From an uncultured bacterium (lineage in GTDB: Bacteria; Patescibacteriota; Minisyncoccia; UBA6257; 2-01-FULL-56-20): a DNA stretch of 64,000 nucleotides. Shown piece after piece: positions 28,897 through 39,216 of this stretch. The notes under the pieces are model-generated. The model was not told the DNA's origin. It worked only from the letters and a program-made list of their open reading frames with translations, and ran no database searches. The translations under genes and the position numbers were made by a program. The stretch covers positions 174,363 to 238,362 of the forward strand of contig OY970354.1 in NCBI GenBank assembly GCA_963718515.1. Reading direction: 5' to 3'. Within the stretch, counting starts at the first letter, position 1. Every line of letters starts with the position of its first letter.

Positions 28897-29150
28897 GGCT
28901 CCCGCTAATATTAAAGAATAATAAAGGGGAGCCGGATGATGAAAGGCCGCAACGGAGGTTGCGATTCCCGGGCCATTCGGTTGTACCTGCTGGGTAATCC
29001 GCATGGCGGTGGGGTTTTCGCGCTCACGCCCGTGAGTTGGGCAGGTGGTCCGGTTCACGGACGGAACCTCCGTTGCTAGTCAGCATTATACTATGTGGTA
29101 ATAAATTTGTCCAATAAAAGAATAACCCGGGCACGAAGCGGGGTTATTTA
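28897..29150 (+). ncRNA. candidate structured RNA of unknown class
   Basis: Perfect 12-bp helix gcaacggaggtt (28949-28960) / aacctccgttgc (29065-29076) enclosing nested hairpins (acctgc/gcaggt, ctcac-gccc-gtgag). A 5' hairpin ggctccc/ggggagcc is present. A terminator-like hairpin aataaccc/gggttatt (29121-29148) is followed by a T-rich run. No class-defining motif found. Confidence 0.3.
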
Positions 29151-29326
29151 TTGTTTAATGCCTATTTTTGCGTTACCGTAAAAGAACGAGAGCAGTGGGG
29201 TGCGGGAGATCCCAGCCCAACGATCGATTGAAGTTTCTGATCGCGCTTCCGAAGACTGGGAAAGCGATCCCACCGAGGAACCCACCGCTCGCTTGGAACC
29301 ATAAAATAGATCCTCAATTTTGTCCA

Positions 29327-31081
29327 ATGAAAGAAACGCTCGCTCATCTATTGCAAAAAATTCTCGGCACCGATGGTCCGGTGGATATTTCGGTTCCCGA
29401 CGAGGAGCTCTTTGGGCACTATGCCACAAACGTCGCCTTGCGTGCGGCGTCGACGACGAAGAAGACGAAGACGAAAGGCGTTCCGCCGCTTGAGTTGGCA
29501 AAGGAGTATGCGGCGCGCATCGCGGCCGCGGCGCCCGCAGGATTTTTCCAAAAAGTGGAGGCCGCGGCGCCGGGCTTTATCAATTTGTGGCTGAGCAATG
29601 AAACGGTGCAAAAAGAATTTGAGAAGATCGCACACGACAAAAAATTCGGCGAGGGAAATGTGGGGCGGGGAAAGACGCTCATCGTGGAATATTCCGATCC
29701 GAACATCGCGAAAAAGATGCACGTGGGCCACATGCGCACGACGATCATAGGTGCCGCGCTCGCGAATATCCTCGAGTGTTCCGGCTATCATGTGGTGCGG
29801 TGGAATTATCTTGGCGACTGGGGCACGCAGTTCGGCAAGCTCATTGCCGCCTACAAGCTGTGGGGTGATAAGAAACGCGTCGAGAGCGATCCCATCGAGA
29901 GAACTTCAGCGACTTTATGTGCGCTTTCACGAAGAAATCAAATTCGACTCTGCGCTCGAAAAGCGCGGGCAGGAGGAGTTTAAAAAATTGGAAGAGGGCG
30001 ACCCCGAGAACCGAAAGCTGTGGGAGTGGTTCAAGAAGGAATCGCTTGGGCGAATTCAATAAGCTTTATAAATTATTGGACGTCGACTTCGATACGTGGA
30101 TCGGCGAAAGTTTTTTTGAAGGCGAGATGAAGGCAACGGTCAAGGGATTGCTTGATAACGGCATTGCAGAGCGCAGCGAAGGCGCGGTCGTTATCAAGCT
30201 TGATGCGGAAGGATTGCCGCCAGCGCTCATTCAAAAGTCCGACGGCGCGAGTCTCTATCTTACGCGCGACATTGCGAACCTTCGCTACCGGTTGAAGAAA
30301 TATAATCCCGCGAAAATTTTATATCGTGGTGGGAAATGAGCAGTCGCTCGCATTCGATCAGCTGTTTGCGGTGGCAAAGCGGCTTGGGTTGGATAGTGCT
30401 GAGCTCAAGCATATAAAATATGGTCTGGTGCTGGGCGAAGGCGGCAAGAAATTTTCCACGCGCGCGGGCACGGCGGAGCTTTTGGAGGATTTGATCGACC
30501 ATGCAGTCGAAAAAGCGCGCGAGGTCATCGACGCAAAAAATCCCGATCTCGGGGCGAAGGAAAAAGCGGAGATCGCGTTCGCGGTTGCGATGGGCGCGCT
30601 GAAATACAATGACCTTAAGGAAAATCGCACGACGGATATTATTTTTGATTGGAAGAAGATGTTGGATTTCGGGGGCGACAGCGCGCCGTATTTGCAGTAC
30701 ACCTACGCGCGCCTGCGGAGCATTTTGCGCAAGGCTGGTGCCGGAGGCGCTGCCGCGGGTGCAATAAAAGCCATAGCCGGTCTTGGCAGCGCCGCCGATA
30801 TCGCGGCGCTCGACCGCTCGACCGAGCTTGCGCTCATGCGGAAGTTATTCGAATTTCCGGATATCGTGGAACGTGCGGGCGAGTTGTACTCAACAAGCAC
30901 GCTCGCGACATATCTCTACAAGCTCGCCGTCGCGGCGAACAAGTTTTATGAAACGACGCCGATTTTGAAGGACGAGGATGCGGGGCGGCGCAGGGCGCGA
31001 CTTACGCTCGCCGGCACCGCCGCCGACGTTCTGCAAAAGGGCTTGGCTCTGCTTGGGATCAAGACGCTTGAAAAGATCTAG
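29327..31081 (+). pseudogene. argS: arginyl-tRNA synthetase, three +1 frame breaks
   Basis: The class I signature is spread over four frame segments: SDPNIAKKMHVGHMRTT (HIGH-like), LQRLYVRFHEE..., GEFNKLYKLLDVDFD...KSDGASLYLTRDIANL, VVGNEQSLAFDQLF...MGALKYNDL. Breaks lie near 29900, 30047 and 30318. Confidence 0.85.
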
Positions 31082-31160
31082 ACCCTGGCCACCAAGCTCT
31101 CCTTTCAAAGAGGGCGCTTTTTCCTTTGAAAATCCCGCAAAACCTGCTATTTTAATAGGA

Positions 31161-34100
31161 ATGGGCAAGAAAACTCCAAAAAAAATAGCGTCAGCACCCG
31201 CATTCCTTCATGACGAAGAGTTCAAACTTCCTGAGCTAGAGGAAAAAGTCCTGAAGTTTTGGGATGAACAGCATATTTTTGAGCGCTCGCTCGTAAAAAA
31301 ACAGGGAGCAAAGACATTCGTTTTTTATGAAGGTCCGCCATACGCAAATGGCAAGCCGGCTATCCATCACGTGATCAGCCGTATCGTAAAAGATGTCATC
31401 TTGCGATACAAAACGATGCAGGGATATAACGTTCCGCGCCGCGCGGGATGGGACACTCACGGCTTGCCGGTGGAGATCGCCACGGAAAAAGCGCTTGGAT
31501 TGAAATCAAAAAAAGAGATCGAGCAGTTTGGCGTAAAGCAGTTCAACGAGAAAGCCACGTGAGCAGGTGTGGATCTATAAAGATGAGTGGGAGCGCATGA
31601 CGCGGCGCATCGGATATTGGCTTGATCTTAAGAATGCGTACGTCACGTACGAGCCGGAATATATCGAGACGCTCTGGTGGACGCTTGCGCAGATCTCAAA
31701 GCGCAAATTGCTCTATAAAGGATTCAAAGTGGTGCCGTGGTGCACGCGCGACGGTACATCGCTTTCATCGCACGAGCTTGCGCAGGGATATAAAGAGGTG
31801 ACCGACACGTCGGTATATGTTAAATTTAAATTGAAATCCGGGCAGACAATTTGGAAATTATGCCACAAACGGACGACGCGTATATTTTGTCGTGGACGAC
31901 GACGCCGTGGACATTGCCGGGGAACGTGGCACTCGCGGTGGGCGAAAAGATTTCCTACAGCGCGATCCGCGTGAAGGGCGAAAAGGGCTTGTATCTATTG
32001 GCCACCGATCTTGTAGGGAAGGTTTTCAAAGATCAGCCCGTCGAAATAGTGCATGATGACATCAAGGGGAAAGACCTGGTGGGTCTCGAGTACGAGCCGT
32101 TTTTTGATATTCCATCCTTGCAGATCACCGCAGTCCTACAAGATCTATCCCGCCGATTTTGTGACGACGACCGACGGCACGGGTGTCGTGCACACTGCGG
32201 TGATGTACGGCGAGGATGATTATGCGCTCGGCAAAAAAGTTCGGCTTGCCGGAATATCACACAGTCAATGAAGAGGGGAAGTTTACCAGAGAGGTGCGCG
32301 GGTTGGCGGGCGAGTACGTAAAGTCAAAAGATGACGGAAGAGCATATTTTCAAACACCTCGAAGGAGAATGGCAATTTGTTGCGGACCGAGCCCTATGTG
32401 CACGAATATCCATTCTGCTGGCGGTGCGGCACGGCCATCTTGTATTACGCCCGCTCGTCGTGGTTCATCGCAATGTCCAAGCTCCGCGCGGAGTTATTAA
32501 AAAATAATAAAACCGTCAATTGGATGCCCGCGCACGTAAAGAACGGCCGCTTTGGCGAGTGGCTGCGCGAGGTGAAGGACTGGAATTTGTCGCGCGATCG
32601 CTATTGGGGCACGCCGCTTGCCGATCTGGGAATGCAAAAAGTGCGATCACACTGAAGTCGTCGGCAGTATGGATGAGCTTGATCAGCCTGGCGGGGGGTC
32701 CAAAGAATAAGTATTGGGCGATGCGGCATGGGGAATCGGAGAATAATATTCTTCACGATCATCGATTCCGGGCAACAGCAATATCCACTTACGGCCGAAG
32801 GGGAAAAAACAGGTGGCGGCAACGCTGAAACAATTAAAGCAGGCGCTTAAGAAGAAGGGCAAAAAGATAGATCTCATTTTTAGCTCCGATCTTTTGCGCA
32901 CACAAGAGACCGCGGAGATCATCGCGAAAGATCTTTGGGCATACAAGGTCCAGCTCGATAAGCGATTGCGCGAGATCTATCATTGGGGCGCTGAATTTGG
33001 AAGGCCGCCCTATCGCAGAATATTTGAATAGGATACCGACGTATGAACGACGTTTCGAAGAGGAGATCCAGGGGCATAGAATCGTTCCGCGATGTCCGGG
33101 CACGCGCATGGGATTTTCTCAAAGAATGTGAAAAGAACTATTCCGGGAAGAATATTTTGATCGTGAGCCATGAGCGATACGATATGGATGATGCTTCACG
33201 TCGGCGAACGGTTCGTTCGGAGCAAAAAGAGCATTGATCAAAAAAGAAACGACGATGATATTTTATCCGAACACCGCGCAGATAAAAGAATTCGAGGTAA
33301 AGATACTCCCGCGCGACGATAGCGGGGGCGTGGATCTTCACCGTCCGTTCGCCGATACGATATTCCCGCCGTGCCCGAAGTGCGGCGCGCTGATGAAGCG
33401 TGTGCCGGAGGTTGCGGACGTGTGGTATGACTCGGGAGCGATGCCGTATGCGCAGGCCCACTATCCTTTTTCTGTCTCGACGAAGACGAATATAAAAACA
33501 TTGTCGGGCCTCGACTTCCCCGCCGATTATATTTCCGAGGGAATGGACCAGACGCGCGGATGGTTCTACACGCTTATGGCCATTGCGACGGCGCTCGGCT
33601 ACGAGAGCGCCGTATAAAAATGTGATCGCGCTTGGCTTGATCAACGACAAATTCGGCCAGAAGATGTCCAAGTCGAAGGGGAATGTCGTCGAGCCGTTTG
33701 CGGTCATCGAAAAATATGGTGTCGATGCCTTGCGCTGGTACTTCTTTACGGGATCACCGCTTGGCGAGCCGAAGAATTTTGACGAGCTCGAGATTGCGAA
33801 AGCGTTCCGGAAGACGCACCTTATTGTTTATAACTCATTCGTGTTCTGGAAGACGTATGCCGCGGCCAAGGCAAAGATGCCTTCGCCAGGGAGCGCTGTC
33901 GCAAAAAATGTTTTGGACCAGTGGATCCTCGCGCGGCTGGATGGAACGAACGATGCGGTCACGAAAAAACTGAATGCGTACGAGATCCGCGAGGCGGCGC
34001 TCGAGATCGAGACGCTCGTCGATGACCTTTCGCGCTGGTATATCCGCCGCTCGCGACGCCGGTTGCAGCGCCCGGAGAGCGCCGCGGACTACGCCGCCGC

Positions 34101-34766
34101 ATCGGCGACGCTTGGCTATGTCTTGCTTTCGCTCGTAAAAATGATGGCGCCGTTCACGCCGTTCTTCTCGGAGATATTCTACGGTCCGCTCGGTGGTGCA
34201 AAGAATTCGGTGCATTTGGACGAGTGGCCGCGTCTGGGCGTCGGTGGAAAAAAACGATCCGCCGTTGCCAATAAGAAATTGTTTGGCCAGATGGCCGCCG
34301 CGCGGGAATTCGCCGCCGCGGGGCTCGCCGCAGCGTGCGGAAAGTGGGCATCAAGGTTCGCCAGCCGCTCGCGTCGATGAAGGTCGGCATAAAGTTGGGA
34401 GAAGAATTTGAGAAGATCGTTGCCGAGGAAGTGAACGTCAAAAAAATAATTTTTACAGCAAAACAGAAAGGCGTTGAGCTCGACACAACGATCACCCCCG
34501 CGCTTCGCGAGGAGGGTTTGGTGCGCGAGGTGGCCCGGATGTTTCAGGAACTCCGGCAAAAGGCGGGGCTTCAGCCGAAGGATAAGATCGTGGCGCTCCT
34601 CGACCTGCCCCCGGATGCAAAGCGTGCAGTTGCGAACAACGAGGCGGCGTTCAAGGCCGACATCGGCGCGAAATCGGTTGAGTATGGGCGGTCAGAAAAA
34701 TTCCTTGCGGAAGAAGTTACAAAGCTTGAAGGCCAGGAAGCGTGGGTGGCGATACGGAAGGCCTGA
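31161..34766 (+). pseudogene. ileS: isoleucyl-tRNA synthetase, at least 15 frame breaks, with inserted phosphatase domain
   Basis: IleRS motifs are spread across about 16 frame segments: PPYANGKPAIHHV (HIGH), [106 protein letters not shown]. Confidence 0.85.
32694..33325 (+). other. histidine phosphatase (phosphoglycerate-mutase-like, RHG) domain embedded in ileS
   Basis: Conceptual translation across frame breaks gives KNKYWAMRHGESENNIL, IIDSGQQQYPLTAEGEK, KIDLIFSSDLLRTQETAEIIA, ESFRDVRARAWDFL and GKNILIVSHE. These are the RHG, SSxLxRxxQTA and VSH signatures. The domain is bounded by the IleRS segments ...[18 protein letters not shown] and DLHRPFAD. Confidence 0.65.
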
Positions 34767-34778
34767 TATTATAACGGG

Positions 34779-35081
34779 CTAATCGAGCGGGAAGAGCGGT
34801 AGCGAACCGCGATTGTTTTCAAGAAAGATGATCCGCATGTTCAAATTGTCGATGACTTTATGAATTCCTCTGATTTCTTCGTCAAGCACCAGAAAGTCTT
34901 TTTGTAGTTGATAGAGCCCGTACTCTATACGATCCAGCCGATCTTTGATCTGTCCGAATGTTTTTTCTGCATAAGAAATACCGCCTCGAACCATTGTGCT
35001 GAGCTCGCTAAGATCCACAGAGATTTTTTGGAGCGTGATCCGTTCCTCCATTCTCCCAATTGTAGCGATGGCGGCAGGCAT
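34779..35081 (-). CDS. hypothetical coiled-coil protein
   Basis: 100-aa ORF with a heptad-like sequence. No family recognised. Confidence 0.3.
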   Translation of the reverse strand: MPAAIATIGRMEERITLQKISVDLSELSTMVRGGISYAEKTFGQIKDRLDRIEYGLYQLQKDFLVLDEEIRGIHKVIDNLNMRIIFLENNRGSLPLFPLD

Positions 35082-35127
35082 GTCAAAAACTTTTTAATCA
35101 AAATTTAATTATCGTGAAACACGGGTG

Positions 35128-36108
35128 CTAATAGCCTACCTTTTCCTTTACGTCCGCCATCTTCTTCGCGGCGATCGCGCCTGCCTTCTTTGAGCCGTCC
35201 GCCAAAACTTTTGTGATCGCTCGTGGGTTGGCGAGCAGCTTCTTTTTCTTCTCGCGAAATGCGGCAAAATGGCCCGCGATGAGATCGGCGAGCGCGCCTT
35301 TCAACTCGGAATATTTCTTGCCCTCGAATGCGATCGCCACCGCGTGCGGATCTTTGTCCGTGAACGCGCCGTAGATTTCGAGCAAGTTCGAAAGGCCCGG
35401 CTTCTTTTTGACGTCATACGATATTTCGGAGCCGGAGTCCGTCACCGCGCGGGCGAGCTTTTTTCGGATCTCTTCCGGCGAGTCATCGAGGAAGAGACAG
35501 CCGTCCGGCTCGGACTTGGACATTTTCTTCAGAGGGTCTTTAAGGCTCATCACGCGCGGCGTTTGCGTGAGCAACCCCTTTGGCTCCACGAACGTTTCGC
35601 CAAACCGCGCGTTGAACTTTCGCGCGAGGGTGCGGGCGAGCTCAAGGTGTTGGAGCTGGTCATCGCCGACAGGAATGAACTTCGCATCGTAGAGGATAAC
35701 GTCGGCGGTCATGAGTACGGGGTAATCGAAGAGCCCCATGTTTATGTTCGCCTCCTGTTTGGCTGATTTATCTTTGAACTGCGTCATGCGTTGCAACTCC
35801 CCGATCGGGGCGATCGTATTCAAAACCCATGCGAGTTCGGAATGCGCCGGTATCTGTGATTGCTGGTAGATGACGGATTTTTTTGGATCAATGCCTGCGG
35901 CTAAAAAATTCGCGGTGATGTCGAGAATATTCGTGGCCAGTTCCTTCGGTTCCTTCGGTTCCGTGATCGCATGAAGGTCGGCGATAAAAAAGTAGCATTG
36001 ATACTTGCCGGAGTTTTGGAGCTCGGCATAGTTCTTGAGCGCTCCCAGATAGTTGCCGATGTGTAACTGCCCGCTCGGTTTTATGCCGGAGACCACGATA
36101 TGTTTCAT
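35128..36108 (-). CDS. trpS: tryptophanyl-tRNA synthetase
   Basis: GIKPSGQLHIGNYLGA (HIGH) and KMSKS are present and the gene is intact. The start is chosen at MKHIVVSG. Confidence 0.9.
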   Translation of the reverse strand: MKHIVVSGIKPSGQLHIGNYLGALKNYAELQNSGKYQCYFFIADLHAITEPKEPKELATNILDITANFLAAGIDPKKSVIYQQSQIPAHSELAWVLNTIAPIGELQRMTQFKDKSAKQEANINMGLFDYPVLMTADVILYDAKFIPVGDDQLQHLELARTLARKFNARFGETFVEPKGLLTQTPRVMSLKDPLKKMSKSEPDGCLFLDDSPEEIRKKLARAVTDSGSEISYDVKKKPGLSNLLEIYGAFTDKDPHAVAIAFEGKKYSELKGALADLIAGHFAAFREKKKKLLANPRAITKVLADGSKKAGAIAAKKMADVKEKVGY

Positions 36109-36145
36109 AGGTTTTATCATACCATTCTGGGCGGAGGATAGAAAA

Positions 36146-36411
36146 ATGACCTATAATGGATGCATGGAAGAGCATTTTCTCGGTAAGGTTGCGACGAAGG
36201 CCATCCTTGTTCAGGACGGCAAGGTTTTGGTAGCGAGGGATCTTCGCACCTTTTTATTTATTGTGAGGCGACTCTCGTCGACTCAGGGCGACCTCTTAAA
36301 ATTCCATCAGAAGAGTTGGCCGAGGCAAGATGGATCGACCAAACCATGATCAACGAAATAAAAATGTACGGCGATTGCATGGATGCAATTAAAGCGTATT
36401 GGAAATTATAG
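36146..36411 (+). pseudogene. NUDIX hydrolase remnant lacking the Nudix box
   Basis: The N-terminal KVATKAILVQDGKVLVARD and, in another frame, the C-terminal LKIPSEELAEARWIDQTMINEIKMYGDCMDAIKAYW are present. There is no GX5EX7REUXEEXGU box between them. Confidence 0.5.
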
Positions 36412-36435
36412 CGTTACCCTATGGTCGAAGCTTTG

Positions 36436-36478
36436 AAAGACAAAAAACACCGCTCCCGAAGCGGTGTTTTTTGTCTTT
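36436..36478. terminator. bidirectional hairpin terminator
   Basis: aaagacaaaaaacaccgc / gcggtgttttttgtcttt flank the loop tcccgaa. Confidence 0.6.
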
Positions 36479-36480
36479 GG

Positions 36481-38448
36481 CTATATCTCTATCACGACCG
36501 GCAAGATCATCGGCCGGCGCTTGGTCTTGGTATAGAGGTACTGGCCGACCTGGTCGCGCAGGAGCGTCTTCACGTAATCTGGCTCCACTTCCTTGAAGTT
36601 CGGGATGCGCGTCATGAGGCCGCGGATGCGCTTGCGGATCTCGTCCAGAATTTCCTGGTTGTCTTTAAGGTAGATGAAGCCGCGCGAAATGATGTCGGGA
36701 TTTTTAAGCAGTTTGCCTTTGTCGCGATCGACGGTGAGGATGATCACAAGCATGCCTTCCTGCGGCGAGCGCGCGGCGGTCGCGCAAAACGACTTCTTCC
36801 ACGTCACCGACGCCGAGTCCGTCCACCATCACGTAGAATGCGGGAACTGTTTCTTTCGTGACCTTAAATCCGTCCGGGCGTAAGCTCGGCGACCTCGCCG
36901 TTATCCATCAAAATCACGTTTTCTTTTGTGATGCCGGCTTCGCGCGCGGTGATGCCGTTCGCGGCGCGCATAAAGTAGTAGCCGTGCACGGGCACGAGGT
37001 ATGTCGGATTGATGAGCTTCATCACGAGCTTGAGGTCGTCCTTCGGCGCGTGGCCGGAGGAGTGGATGTCGACGAGGCTCGAGTGATACACGATCGCTCC
37101 CTGCCGCGCGAGGTTGTCCTTAACGGACTGCACGCTGCGTTCGTTACCCGGAATCACCGATGACGAAAGCACCATCGTGTCGCCCGGCTTGATCTTGATG
37201 TGGCGGTGTTCGCCGTTGATCATCTTCATGAGGCCTGCGTTCGATTCGCCTTGTGCGCCGGTCGAGAGAATAAGTATTTTATCGTCTTTGAACTTGTTCA
37301 CTTCTTCGACGGCGATGATCGTGCCTTCCTTGGCTTTTACGAAGCCGAGGTTTTGCGCGATGGCGATGTTCGTCTTCATGGAGTAGCCGTTCAGCGCGAC
37401 CTTGCGGCCGAGCTTCTCGGCGATCAAGATGATCTCCGCGATGCGGGTGAGGAGCGAGGCGAACGTGGCGACGATGATGCGGCCTTCCGCTTTTTTGAAG
37501 ATCTCTTCAAGGTTGCGCTCGACGGTCTTTTCGGAAACCGAGTGGCCCGGCTTTTCGGCGTTCGTGCTGTCCACCATGAATGTGTGGACGCCCATCTTGC
37601 CGATCCGCTCGAATTCTTCGAGACCCTGCGGCTCGCCTTCGTCGTTGTAATCCACGCGGAAGTCCGCAAAGTGGACGATGTTGCCTGCGGGCGTTTTCAT
37701 CATCACGCCGGTCGTTTCCGGAATGGTGTGCGGCACGCCGAAGAATAGCGCTGAGAAGTTGTTCGAGATCTTTATATCGCTCGCCGTTCTTGACGATCTG
37801 CACGTTCATCTTCGGCGCGTTCGGAAAATCATCCTGGCGCTTTTCGATGATCGCTTTCGTGATCGACGTCGCGTAGATCGGGGGATTGCCGAGTTTGGCG
37901 AGTAGATGCGGCAATGCGCCGATGTGGTCGTAGTGTCCGTGCGTCAAAATGATGCCGGCGATGTTCTGCTTTTTCTTTTCGAGATATTCGATGTTCGGGA
38001 TGATGTAATCGATGCCCGGCGTTTCGTCTTCGGGGAACTGCAATCCGACGTCGATGATGACGATCTCGTTCTTGTATTCCAAGAACATGCAGTTGCGGCC
38101 GACTTCTTCCAAGCCGCCGAGCGGCACAAAGCGCACCGCGTCGGGATTCGACTTATCGTTCGGGTCGCGCGCGACCACGGGCTTTGGCCCCATCTTTGAA
38201 TTTTGCGGATGGATACTGCCGGGCCGAGGTGTGCCGTTCATGCGATCATTGCCGCGTCGCGGGCCGTGCGGGGTACGAGGACGATCACCGCGATCGCGCT
38301 GGGGCGCGCCGGTTTTTTGCGGGCGCGCGGGCGCGGCCGGCGGGGCGGTTGCTCCTGTAGGCGCCACCCACGGCCGTATCTCAGGCGGTTTTATACGCGG
38401 GCGTTCCTTTGCGGGCGCCTCATTATTATTTTCGTTTTTCTTAATCAT
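36481..38448 (-). pseudogene. rnj: ribonuclease J, about three frame breaks
   Basis: A basic low-complexity N-terminal extension is followed by GGLEEVGRNCMFLEY, ILTHGHYDHIGALP (MBL), the beta-CASP region HSSGHA, and the C-terminal domain in 36481-36807. Segments lie in three frames, each step behaving as +1. Confidence 0.85.
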
Positions 38449-38465
38449 TTATTTCTATTTCTGCG

Positions 38466-38867
38466 TTAATTTGTTTTTAATTTCTGCGTTATTTTTTCTG
38501 CGTTTTCTTTTAGTTCATCGTCCGGCACTAAGGTTGCACTATTCGGATCGAGCTGATTCCCGTGATCGATCGGGACAAGATGGAGATGGGTATGCGGCAC
38601 CCCAAATCCTTCTATAAACATCCCCACCTTCTTTGAACCCATGGCCTCCTGCAATGGCGCCGACAACGCCTTCGCTGTGTTAAAAATTCCTTCATAAAGA
38701 TTTTTGGGAAGATCAAAAATGCTTTCGATATGTTCTTTCGGGATTATTAAAAGGTGGCCGGGGGCGATGGGGCGCACATCCAAAAATACCAAGAATCGTT
38801 CGTCCTCCCACACAATATATGCGGGGATCTCTTTTTTGATTATCTTGCAAAAAATGCAATCGTCCAT
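38466..38867 (-). CDS. HIT family (Hint-like) protein
   Basis: CIFCKII...APGHLLIIPKEH...HTHLHLVP histidine triad. Confidence 0.85.
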   Translation of the reverse strand: MDDCIFCKIIKKEIPAYIVWEDERFLVFLDVRPIAPGHLLIIPKEHIESIFDLPKNLYEGIFNTAKALSAPLQEAMGSKKVGMFIEGFGVPHTHLHLVPIDHGNQLDPNSATLVPDDELKENAEKITQKLKTN

Positions 38868-38902
38868 GAATGATGTTTTGTTGCGATGCTAAGAAATATG
38901 TG

Positions 38903-38986
38903 TGCTGGAGAGGGGAGTTGAACCCCTATGATCTTGCGATCGCTGGCACCTGAAGCCAGTGCGTCTGCCAGTTCCGCCACCCCAGC
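38903..38986 (-). tRNA. tRNA-Leu (anticodon CAG)
   Basis: Hand-folded. Acceptor is GCTGGGG/CTCCAGC, the anticodon stem is CTGGC/GCCAG with loop TTCAGGT. It has a long variable arm and the T arm AGGGG-TTCAACT-CCCCT. Confidence 0.85.
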
Positions 38987-39017
38987 CAAATCAAGGAGAA
39001 TCCGTCTTAGTGATTAA

Positions 39018-39046
39018 AGCATAGCATAGGCATATTTGGAAGTCAA
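39018..39046 (-). promoter_or_regulatory. sigma70-type promoter of tRNA-Leu
   Basis: On the minus strand: TTGACT (39046-39041), a 17-nt spacer, then TATGCT (39023-39018). Confidence 0.45.
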
Positions 39047-39050
39047 TTGT

Positions 39051-39177
39051 TCCCATCCCACACGCCCTATGTCTTTTCTCGGGTACGCGTTCCGCGCTAC
39101 TGCGCGGCCGCTCCATCTCGCCGCCCTTCGGCGGCTCCGATAGCCCCTCGAAAAGACATAGGGCGTGTGGGATGGGA
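39051..39177 (+). repeat. hairpin-core element, copy A
   Basis: The 28-bp perfect arms are tcccatcccacacgccctatgtcttttc / gaaaagacatagggcgtgtgggatggga. They flank a 71-nt core homologous to copies B and C. Confidence 0.8.
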
Positions 39178-39216
39178 CGACGTGGCGTATACAAATTTTC
39201 CTGCTATACTTTTTCC

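Noticed and set aside
28941-29084. SRP RNA, 6S RNA, RNase P RNA or an argS T-box in the smpB-argS spacer
   Set aside because: It lacks the SRP helix-8 GGAA tetraloop and AGCAGC motif and the RNase P GAGGAAAGUCC motif. It also lacks the T-box stem-I AGAGA/AGVGA motifs. The GGUGGUCCGG string is enclosed in a long helix, not in an antiterminator bulge.
31161-34766. Programmed ribosomal frameshifting or a genuinely split ileS/argS
   Set aside because: There are far too many breaks (at least 15 in ileS), with no shared slippery heptamer. Conserved motifs continue seamlessly across each break. Consensus error is the simpler explanation.
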